Assembly: GCA_963668345.2 (NCBI GenBank)
Contig: CAXWPI010000003.1
Span: 796,930-820,929, forward strand
Reading direction: 5' to 3'
DNA length: 24,000 bases
Source: Bryobacterales bacterium
Lineage (GTDB): Bacteria > Acidobacteriota > Terriglobia > Bryobacterales > UBA6623
The notes below the pieces were generated by a model. The model was not told the origin of the DNA, searched no databases, and was given only the letters and a program-made list of their open reading frames with translations. This document shows, one piece after another, positions 8,310 to 15,907 of the stretch; position 1 is the stretch's first letter; every line of letters starts with the position of its first letter. Both the position numbers and the translations under genes were made by a program.

Positions 8310-8630
8310 CTAAGCCTTCACTTCTTCTTCCTGTCGGCGAGACTGGGCGTCGACGAGGGTGCGGTAATATTCGGCCTCCGCTTCGGTCTCGGATTGGCGG
8401 GCGGGGTCGTCAGGAGGCGGATCGCCGCTGGGTCTTTGTGGCGAGCTGCCGGTTGCGGCGTCGCCTTCGTTTGGGCCGTCGGCCGGGTCCGTTTGGATCA
8501 CAGGACTGTCGAACTCACCGTTCAAGACGCCGCAGGTCTCTCGGTCGAAAGGAATGTTGAGCGAATCATCGGGGTGCTTTCTATACGGGAGCGCATAAGT
8601 AAAGAGATATAAGGCAGGCGAACGTGGCAT
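8310..8630 (-). CDS. hypothetical acidic/proline-rich protein, first gene of the operon
   Basis: I prefer the ATG at 8630 (MPRSPALYLFTYALPYRKHPDD...), which has AAGGGAAG upstream. The tracked start at 8714 would overlap the divergent IS630 ORF. The stop is 11 nt before the next gene's start. No family recognised. Confidence 0.4.
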   Translation of the reverse strand: MPRSPALYLFTYALPYRKHPDDSLNIPFDRETCGVLNGEFDSPVIQTDPADGPNEGDAATGSSPQRPSGDPPPDDPARQSETEAEAEYYRTLVDAQSRRQEEEVKA

Positions 8631-8652
8631 ACTTCCCTTAAGAGGTGTGGCC

Positions 8653-9135
8653 ATGCGTCCGCGATTGCTGCGACTACACCCGAGCCGGTATAAGCGCTTG
8701 GTGCGCCGCGGCAAAGAAGCCGAACGAGATGGGGCCTATCGTGTGGCGAAGCGGCTGCAGGCGGTGGTGCTGAACTCCGAAGGCCATACCAGCGGGGAGT
8801 TGGCCGGGATTCTCAAAGCGCCACGCTCGAAAGTGTCCGAGTGGTTGGCTCGCTATGAAGCGCACGGCATCGAAGGTCTGCTGGAAGGCTACCGCTCAGG
8901 AAGGCCGCCGCGGTTGACCGCGGCCCAACGCGAGCAGCTGGGGAACATTCTCGATAGGGGTCCCGTGGCCTACGGCTTGGACAGCGGTCTGTGGACCTCG
9001 CCCCTGATTGCCTGGGTGATCGAGGAAGAATTCGGCGTCCGTTATCATCCGCGCCACGTGCGAAAGCTGCTGCACGGGCTGGGCTTCTCGGTGCAGCGAC
9101 CGCGCCGCGTGCTGGCCCGCGCCGACGTAGACTAG
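8653..9135 (+). pseudogene. IS630-family transposase, N-terminal HTH / winged-helix part only (DDE domain absent)
   Basis: GHTSGELAGILKAPRSKVSEWLARYEAHGIEGLLEGYRSGRPPRLTAAQREQL, LWTSPLIAWVIEEEFGVRYHPRHVRKLLHGLGFSVQRPRR. No DDE-type continuation appears in any frame beyond about 9200. Confidence 0.6.
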
Positions 9136-9304
9136 CGGTCCCGGAGGGCGCCTGGTTTCAACGGAGTTCCGGACATCCTCCCCGCCTAGCGCGAGCCTAA
9201 CCACAAAATCTCGCGTGCTACGCGGCACTGGAAGTCCGGAAGCGGCGACACGAGCGTATCTTACGTCAAGGCCCCAGGGTTACGGCCGACCACCACCGGA
9301 AGGT

Positions 9305-9661
9305 TCACTTACACGCCCCTGTTGCCTCACGGGCACTCCGCCAAGCCTCATCGAACGATTCCACGGCTTTGTCGAAAAACATCAGAGCTGCGATGCCGAC
9401 GGAGACACCGTCTGCCGTCTGCAGCTCGGCCATGGTGAAGTGAAACTCAGCCTGGGCAATATCGGTTGGGTCTCCGGAGGCAGCTGTGGCGTCCTCAATG
9501 GCGGTCGCGGCGACGATATTGGCGGCCTCTAGAATCTTCCCAACGACGGCACCCTCCAGACTATCTAGGATATCGCTATCAGAGGTCCCGCCCTGTTCGA
9601 CGGCCTCGAAGATCGCCTCCACAGCTTCCTCCGAGTCCCCGACGCCGGAAGGGTCGGCCAC
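9305..9661 (-). CDS. hypothetical small acidic protein (GTG start)
   Basis: 118 aa, helical-looking, rich in D/E/A, with coding-like codon usage. It lies 56 nt downstream of the secreted-protein gene on the same strand. No family recognised. Confidence 0.4.
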   Translation of the reverse strand: MADPSGVGDSEEAVEAIFEAVEQGGTSDSDILDSLEGAVVGKILEAANIVAATAIEDATAASGDPTDIAQAEFHFTMAELQTADGVSVGIAALMFFDKAVESFDEAWRSAREATGACK

Positions 9662-9716
9662 GATCGCCGCCTTGGGTATCGATCAACTCCGTGATGGCGC
9701 CCTCGATCAGCCCTTT

Positions 9717-11099
9717 TTATTGGACCGTGGGATCGAGTGGATCGGCGTCCAACCCATCCAAAACGCCATCGAGATCAGTGTCAGGATTGCACGGGTTGGT
9801 GTCGAAGTCTCGGGCCTCCTCGATGTCTGTGAGGCCGTCCCCGTCTTCATCCCCGCTGCCATCTCGGACGAGGATCCCGTCGCCGTTCACGTCTGTGAGA
9901 CCCACAAGCAGCAGCGAGGCGCTCTCAAGCACCGGCGGCAGCGTCTCGCCCGTTATGGGGTCGAGCGCCGGCTGGCCCGTTCCAGTGTCAATTTCGAAGG
10001 CGACAGCCCCTTCGTTCAGGGTCAGCCGGCCGCAGCCGCGGGGATTGTAAAACGTGTTATTCTTGCTCGTTTTGCGCCGTGTTTCGGCGACGACGTTGAG
10101 GGTCGAGCTGGGTGAGTCAGGATTAGGGCGCCATTCGATCTCCGTAGGACTCTTATTATTGGCCTTGCCGTTAGTAGGGGAGACGGTAACCGTTCCCCCG
10201 TTGCCATCATCCATCGGCCCAAGGAACCCGTTACTGACAGTGAAGCCGTTCACCGCGGCCATTTGCCACTTGTTGGGGAGCCTATCGAGGATCAACACTT
10301 CCGTCCCGGAGCTATAGGTGATCCTGAAGTCGTACTGGGTGGTCAGGGACTGTTTTGCTTGAACGACCAAGTCGATTTCCCCGTCCGCCAAGTCACCGAA
10401 TTCCGGCTCGAGTGGATTCGGCAGGTCGGGTCCGATGGTGATTTCTTTGGAAAGCCCGAGTAGGGTCGTCAACTGAATCAACTTGACGTTGTCCAGAAGA
10501 AGCCCAACGTTGTCTCCACCAGCGTGATCAAAGATGAGGGTTGCTGCTGTTGGCGCAGTCAGGGCGATATCTTCCGTAATCGTTTCGAAGGGGTCGCTGA
10601 AGACTTTGAAGAAGTCTTTACTGAAGACGCTGCCTCCGCCGGTTGATAGAGACACCGTCACGGTATTGGGTTCCACAAACAGATTTCTTTGACTCCCCGC
10701 GAGATCAAACATCAGCCGAACAGTTCCTGGCAACAGGTTGAACGTTTCCTTCGTCTCCATTGTTCCCGCGTTATTGGTGGTGCCGTCAAGGTCAACGCAC
10801 TGCATGTCGCTGGGGTCAAGGATGCCCAAGGCGTCGGCACAGAGCAAGTTGAAAGCAACGTTGCTCAGCAAGTCCACAGTACCCTCACCCTCGATAACGC
10901 TCCAGTTAATAAAGTCAGGTTGCGGAATGCCGTCCGGGCTGCTGCCTACAAACGGGACATCCGCCTGGAAATCATCGTCGAGGAGAACAGTCTGGGCCTT
11001 CGCCAGCTCCGATCCTAATAGTGACAGCAGAGCGATGAAAATGAAAAGTTGTCTTAAGAGGCACAGGGTTATAGCCGCGGGCGGCGTTCGCGTCGACAT
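9717..11099 (-). CDS. secreted protein with a lectin/jelly-roll-like N-terminal region and C-terminal thrombospondin type-3-like Ca-binding Asp repeats
   Basis: GGAG lies 9 nt upstream of the ATG at 11099. The signal peptide is LCLLRQLFIFIALLSLLGSELAKAQT. The C-terminus is DVNGDGILVRDGSGDEDGDGLTDIEEARDFDTNPCNPDTDLDGVLDGLDADPLDP. The 5' two-thirds are visibly lower in GC than neighbouring genes. Confidence 0.75.
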   Translation of the reverse strand: MSTRTPPAAITLCLLRQLFIFIALLSLLGSELAKAQTVLLDDDFQADVPFVGSSPDGIPQPDFINWSVIEGEGTVDLLSNVAFNLLCADALGILDPSDMQCVDLDGTTNNAGTMETKETFNLLPGTVRLMFDLAGSQRNLFVEPNTVTVSLSTGGGSVFSKDFFKVFSDPFETITEDIALTAPTAATLIFDHAGGDNVGLLLDNVKLIQLTTLLGLSKEITIGPDLPNPLEPEFGDLADGEIDLVVQAKQSLTTQYDFRITYSSGTEVLILDRLPNKWQMAAVNGFTVSNGFLGPMDDGNGGTVTVSPTNGKANNKSPTEIEWRPNPDSPSSTLNVVAETRRKTSKNNTFYNPRGCGRLTLNEGAVAFEIDTGTGQPALDPITGETLPPVLESASLLLVGLTDVNGDGILVRDGSGDEDGDGLTDIEEARDFDTNPCNPDTDLDGVLDGLDADPLDPTVQ

Positions 11100-11602
11100 T
11101 TCTTCTGCTCCTTGCCGGGCGAGAGAACTGATAAGAATTTAACATCCTACGGACCTGAAAGTCACTGGTAAAAGAGTTTCAATATGGCTGGTAAATTAGT
11201 TTAGATACGGTGTCATTTTACTTAGTTGTGATCTCTTACAAGAGGCCCTTTGTCGAGCGAATAGAACTACTGAAAACGAGACCATCTCCCTAATACTGCT
11301 TAGGACATTCGCTCTACCGTTCGTCGAGCAATGATCGTCGGCTGCTGGTGCGTCCAGCTTGTCGAAGTAACCCTTATTACAAGCCCCGATTAGAAACGTC
11401 CCGAAGGGCCTCTGTGGATTGGGTCGTGCGGTTTACTTATGCTGTCGGCGGGGACCGTCTTCGCAGGGTGCTGAAAAATGATCTTCACACCCCAGCTTCG
11501 TCGGTTCAAGCCTTGTAAGTTGCCGAGTCTTCCTTCACCGTTGCACCGAAATTGGCCGTTCGTTCCGTGGCAATTCGGTACGTTCGTTCGCCTGTACGGG
11601 GA

Positions 11603-11639
11603 CCTAAGAAACAAGAAACCCGCCCGGTTGGGCGGGTTT
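11603..11639 (-). terminator. rho-independent terminator downstream of the radical SAM gene
   Basis: Perfect 10-bp stem AAACCCGCCC / GGGCGGGTTT (11616..11639) with a 4-nt loop. On the minus strand it is followed by TTTCTTGTTTCTT. Confidence 0.6.
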
Positions 11640-11654
11640 GAGGGGTGGGGAATT

Positions 11655-11686
11655 GGTGGCCTAAGGTGGCTTAAAGGTGGCCTAAA
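11655..11686. repeat. three tandem ~11-bp units GGTGGCCTAA / GGTGGCTTAAA / GGTGGCCTAAA
   Basis: Read directly from the sequence. It sits between the radical SAM stop (11694) and its terminator. Confidence 0.6.
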
Positions 11687-11693
11687 GTGAAAC

Positions 11694-13853
11694 TCAATCT
11701 CCGCTGCAACCGGCAAGCGGCTGTTCTTGCGGCTCGGCTGCGGTCTCTTTTCCATTCGTCGCGCCGAGCTGGACTAATTTCGGAGCGGGCTTTTCTTTGA
11801 GCACCTGCTCGCGGTACATCTTGAGCAAGCGGGCCTCCTCTTCCGGTGAGAGGATCGCGTTCTTGCCGTTGCCATTGCCGTTCCCGTTGCTGACACCCTG
11901 GGAACCGTTGTGGCCGTCGCTCTGTTCCTGTTCCTTTAAGCTGGCGGCCAGTTTGCTCTTCTCGAGAATCTTCTCGTCACGGGCATTCTGCGGACCCGCG
12001 GACTGCTGCGCGTCGCGGGCTGCGTGTTCGGCGTTGACCTCAAGGTAGCCGGCCGGGGCATCGACCTCGACCGCGCGGCCACCGGCGTAAATCTTGTGCC
12101 GGCCGTGCTGGTCGTACCATTTACTCAAAGTAGCAGTCATGTGCATTTTCTCAATGATGTTACGCCAGCCGACGCCGGTGTTATAGGCGCAGAAGGAAAT
12201 TTCACCTTCTTGCGTGCCGTAGGGAATGATGCACATTTCCGTCCGCCGGAAGTCGTAGTTGAACAGGTCCTGAAACCACATGCCGGCGACAAACAGGAAG
12301 TTCCAGGGATCGTTACGACGCGCCACGCCTTTACCATAGTTCTTGCCACTCAGCCCAAACGATTTGTCGAACTTCCTGAGCAGCGCCAACAAATCGAAGC
12401 TCCGGGGAGCCTTGTAGGGGTCGTAGTTCTTCAGTAGGGCCAAACCCATCTGCAGGTTGCTGAGCCAAGGCGAGCGTCCCGAGTCCGTCACCTTGCGAAT
12501 GTCTTGCACAAACTGCGGCACGTCGATGAACTCCGCCACGGGCGCCATTTCCTTGGTGTCCTTGTTGATCATCAAGGCGGTCCCTACACCGCAGTTCGGA
12601 TGACAACCGCAGTTCACCTGTCCCCATTGCGCCTCAGGCCCGTGGGCAGCATCCGCCGCATCGACGAAGGAAGACATCACTGAAATTGGGAACCAGTCGC
12701 GATTGGGCTCGGTGATGCCTAACTGCGATTTGACGTCACGAGCTAGGTGCGAAAGAGTGTAGCGTTGCCGCAGCCGCCGTTCGTCGGTAATTTCCTCGTC
12801 ACGCCCGGTAAACGACACCGGCTGGAAAGAGATGAAGGCGATCTTGCCGGGGTTGTTGCGGGCGAAGTCAATGATCGGCCCAACCTCTTCGTTGTTCACG
12901 TTGTTGACCAACGTGGTGACCAAGACGACCTCGGTGCCTGCACTGTGCAGGCTCTCAATGGCCTTCAGCTTGACATCGAAGAGGTTGCCGACCTTGCGGT
13001 GCGAGTTAGGGGCATTCCCAATGCCGTCGAACTGCAAATAGGCGTAACGCAAGCCGGCGTCGGCCGCTACCTCGGCAAACTTCCTGTTCTTGGCGAATTC
13101 AATGCCGTTGGTGGCCGCCTGTACACTGTTGAATCCGATCGAGCGGGCATAGCGAACCGCCTGGATAAAAAACGGCGACATCGTCGGCTCGCCGCCGGAG
13201 AATTGAACCGACAACTGACGGCGAGGTTTGATCTTCAGCGCATTGTCAAGGACCGTTTTGATCTCGTCCCATTCCAGTTCATGGACGAAGCCGACCTGGT
13301 TGGCGTCCATAAAACATGGGTCGCACATCATGTTGCAGCGGTTCGTCAAATCGACAGTGAGCACAGCGCCGCGACCGAACTTAACGGTACTACTGCCGTG
13401 ATCGTGAAGATCCCGGTCGTTGTGAGCACGGATATCGCGGCCCGGGAAATTCGACTCGATGTGCTCCAGGAATTTCGAGTCGAGGGCCATCAAATCTTCG
13501 ATACGGCCGTGGGTGGGGCAGTCCTTGACCATCCAGATCTGCCCGTCTCGCTCCAAGATGGTGGCCTTGACTTCGCCGACCTTCTTCTCCTTGAGGACGG
13601 TGTAGGGCACCTCGCCGCTGAGGATCTTTTCACGCGCTTCCCTGACACACGTGGGGCACAGGGAGTCGGTTTGCCGGGGCCAGCCCAAGGGCGGCTTACT
13701 CTTCTCCCACGACTTGAGCATGGGCTTGTCCGACCAATTCGGCTTGAATGACGGGTCGGCTTCTATCTTCTGATTAAAATACTGCAAGCCGCGCCACATA
13801 CCCGCCGCGACCCTCGTCATGCCCTTCTCTACGTACTTGATTGGCCTCTGCAT
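11694..13853 (-). CDS. radical SAM enzyme, Tes / GDGT-MAS-like (tetraether lipid synthase family candidate)
   Basis: GAGGAG lies 11 nt upstream of the ATG at 13853. There is an N-terminal CPTC...DCPTHG metal-site-like motif, the radical SAM motif LTNRCNMMCDPCF, then SGGEPT, a Cys cluster NCGCHPNCGVG, and a C-terminal ISFCAYN. After that come about 110 aa of low-complexity tail including NGNGNGNG. Confidence 0.85.
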   Translation of the reverse strand: MQRPIKYVEKGMTRVAAGMWRGLQYFNQKIEADPSFKPNWSDKPMLKSWEKSKPPLGWPRQTDSLCPTCVREAREKILSGEVPYTVLKEKKVGEVKATILERDGQIWMVKDCPTHGRIEDLMALDSKFLEHIESNFPGRDIRAHNDRDLHDHGSSTVKFGRGAVLTVDLTNRCNMMCDPCFMDANQVGFVHELEWDEIKTVLDNALKIKPRRQLSVQFSGGEPTMSPFFIQAVRYARSIGFNSVQAATNGIEFAKNRKFAEVAADAGLRYAYLQFDGIGNAPNSHRKVGNLFDVKLKAIESLHSAGTEVVLVTTLVNNVNNEEVGPIIDFARNNPGKIAFISFQPVSFTGRDEEITDERRLRQRYTLSHLARDVKSQLGITEPNRDWFPISVMSSFVDAADAAHGPEAQWGQVNCGCHPNCGVGTALMINKDTKEMAPVAEFIDVPQFVQDIRKVTDSGRSPWLSNLQMGLALLKNYDPYKAPRSFDLLALLRKFDKSFGLSGKNYGKGVARRNDPWNFLFVAGMWFQDLFNYDFRRTEMCIIPYGTQEGEISFCAYNTGVGWRNIIEKMHMTATLSKWYDQHGRHKIYAGGRAVEVDAPAGYLEVNAEHAARDAQQSAGPQNARDEKILEKSKLAASLKEQEQSDGHNGSQGVSNGNGNGNGKNAILSPEEEARLLKMYREQVLKEKPAPKLVQLGATNGKETAAEPQEQPLAGCSGD

Positions 13854-14337
13854 TCGAAACTATCTCCTCGATCGAGCCGTTTCTGGAAGACAGGCAATTG
13901 CGCCCCACATGCTTGTGAACACACGCCTCGCTCGGCGACAGGGTGCACTCAGCCTTCCCGATAGCTTACGCAACATCGCTTAGTACTGCCTACCAGAAAC
14001 AGCTGAACGGGTCTAATCGTAACCTGTATGGTAGTTTGCTCGGTTAAACGGACGCTACTGCTCTTGCAAGTATATGAAAACACTACCTGATAGAGTGTTC
14101 CCCACCGCAATAATCCGGCCGATTCGAGGGAACCGAAACCCGCCAGATGATCTCCGAACCCAATATGCCGCCCGTTGGGAAGCTGTTCTCAGAACTATGT
14201 CCTTCCGCGTCCTTCCGCGCAAACCATGTGTGATCTGTCTTACCTTCGCTCGCCCCGGGTGAGATGTCGTAGCGGAACCTTCGGCCTTCCGGGGGTAAAT
14301 TCGTTGTGTTCAGGAGAGGAGAGGGTGTACCATGTAG

Positions 14338-14544
14338 CAGCCGAAGGTCCGAATCGGAAATTCCGACTGGTTGCAAAGGGCAGCGGAACAGGACTCGGCA
14401 CACGCTCAGTACAATTTGGCGCTGAAGTATGCGCGAGGGCAAGGAGTGCCGAAGAATTACGTCCTTGCCTACGTTTGGTCAAAAAATGCAGTATCCAAAG
14501 GCACAACTGAAATTGCTGATAACGCGTCAGCAGAGGCGGTTTAA
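14338..14544 (+). pseudogene. Sel1-like repeat (SLR) gene fragment without a proper start
   Basis: The open frame after the TAG at 14335 reads ...DWLQRAAEQDSAHAQYNLALKYARGQGVPKNYVLAYVWSKNAVSKG..., a canonical Sel1 repeat signature. There is no ATG or GTG; the only candidate start is the TTG at 14371. It was not picked up in this frame by the ORF track. Confidence 0.4.
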
Positions 14545-14662
14545 CCCGACGGGAAGGGCGCTGCGTGAGTTGCCAGAGGATCGGACTTGCTCCAAGCTCC
14601 ACCCGACAGGCCCCTCTGCTGGGGCGAATCCATTCCATAGATTGGGATAAAAGGAGGAAGCG

Positions 14663-15520
14663 ATGCCAAAGTACTCTGGGACGTCTGGAGAATTTGGGGA
14701 TTTTAGAATTCCGCAAGGGCTGGGTAAAAAGATCGCAGTTATCGGGGTCGTGATTGCCTGCCTCATTGTGGTAATGGGAAGCACCGGGATAGTCGGCGCG
14801 GGACAACGAGGCGTCTTGCTGCGTTTTGGAGCCCCGACCGGGGCGGTCAAACCTGAAGGTCTCTATTTCAAGATGCCTTTCGCTGAGGAGGTAATTCTGA
14901 TGTCAACCCAGCTTCAGAAATACACCGATTCTACCGGCTCTTCCAGCAAGGACTTGCAACTGGTTACCACACAAGTCACCTTGAACTACCAGTTGAATGC
15001 CGACAGCGTGCCGGAAATTTATCGCGAAATGCGGCAGAATTATGAAAACCTGGTCATTCAGCCGTACATGCAGGAAGCGGTTAAATCTACCACGGCCAAT
15101 TTCGACGCCGAGCAGTTGATCACACAGAGGCCACAGGTTAAAGAGGAACTTCAAAACTTGATGGCGGAAAGGTTAGAGTCCCGTGGTATCGTAGTTATAG
15201 AACTCTCCATCACGGACTTTCAGTTCTCGTCAACCTTCCAGCAGTCCATCGAGGCAAAGGTGAAAGCGGTCCAAGAGGCTCTGGAGGCAGAGAACGCCTT
15301 GAGACGGGTGGAGTTTGAAGCGCAACAGGCAATCACCAGAGCCGAAGCTGAAGCCAAGGGCCTGGAACTCCAAAAAGCACAGATAACGGAGCAGTTACTG
15401 GCCTTGCGGCGAATCGAGGTTCAGGGACGCGCTATAGAAAAATGGAATGGGGTGATGCCCACAGTGGTCACCAGCGGGGGACCAGTGCCAATGTTGGACG
15501 TGTTTAGCGCACGGCAGTAA
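14663..15520 (+). CDS. SPFH / band 7 (prohibitin-like) membrane protein
   Basis: AAAGGAGGAAGCG lies upstream of the ATG. It has an N-terminal TM (IAVIGVVIACLIVVMG), then GQRGVLLRFG, YFKMPF, an SPFH core, and a coiled-coil tail (AEAEAKGLELQKAQ). Confidence 0.9.
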   Translation: MPKYSGTSGEFGDFRIPQGLGKKIAVIGVVIACLIVVMGSTGIVGAGQRGVLLRFGAPTGAVKPEGLYFKMPFAEEVILMSTQLQKYTDSTGSSSKDLQLVTTQVTLNYQLNADSVPEIYREMRQNYENLVIQPYMQEAVKSTTANFDAEQLITQRPQVKEELQNLMAERLESRGIVVIELSITDFQFSSTFQQSIEAKVKAVQEALEAENALRRVEFEAQQAITRAEAEAKGLELQKAQITEQLLALRRIEVQGRAIEKWNGVMPTVVTSGGPVPMLDVFSARQ

Positions 15521-15730
15521 AGCAACGGTTGCTCATCCGGCCCGACACGGACGTGCGGTCGCGGAAATGTGATTGTGTGCGGAGACAATCCTTGTGCTGT
15601 TCGGCGAAACGAGCTAAAGCAGCGAATGATCCACTGCCCAGCTTCCGGCTCGGCCGGCGCGGTCAGAGTGTGACGACAGTTTTTACAGGTGGGGTTGGCA
15701 GGGATCGTGTAGTGTAGCTGGGGCATAGCA

Positions 15731-15875
15731 GCCCGTGGCAAAAGTCATGCAGCAGCGAAAAATGGGGACTGCCACCAATTCGCCCCCCGTCATGACCCAA
15801 GAAACAAAGCACTTAGCCTGAAGCGAATTGGCTGGCTGTACCAGATTTTTCGCGACCTTCACTTTTACCACGGGC
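15731..15875. repeat. composite palindromic element, GGGGACTGTC family, copy 1
   Basis: Outer arms are GCCCGTGGCAAAAGT (15731..15745) and ACTTTTACCACGGGC (15861..15875). Inner imperfect arms are GCGAAAAATGGGGACTGCCACCAATTCGC (15755..15783) and GCGAATTGGCTGGCTGTACCAGATTTTTCGC (15823..15853). Confidence 0.7.
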
Positions 15876-15907
15876 TGATAGCCGGCTGAGTCCGCGCACA
15901 GCAAGCT

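Noticed and set aside
8631-8714. Longer start (8714) for the first operon gene
   Set aside because: It would overlap the divergent IS630-type ORF and adds an Arg-rich, non-protein-like N-terminus. The ATG at 8630 has a purine-rich SD-like sequence.
9466-10115. 194-aa and 209-aa plus-strand ORFs
   Set aside because: They are antisense to the secreted Asp-repeat protein and to the acidic ORF. The Ser/Pro/Arg-rich translations are artefacts of the Asp/Gly codons on the opposite strand.
11503-11512. GGTTCAAGCC resembling a tRNA T-loop
   Set aside because: The flanking bases do not form a T-stem, and no acceptor or anticodon arms can be drawn. It is not a tRNA.
12747-13751. 334-aa ORF on the plus strand
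   Set aside because: It is antisense to the radical SAM gene, which has clear catalytic motifs. The composition is R/L/V/G-rich, as expected of a shadow frame.
15421-15741. 106-aa minus-strand ORF with a CKNC motif
   Set aside because: It overlaps the 3' 100 bp of the SPFH gene, has no SD, and has only one CxxC pair. It is probably spurious.
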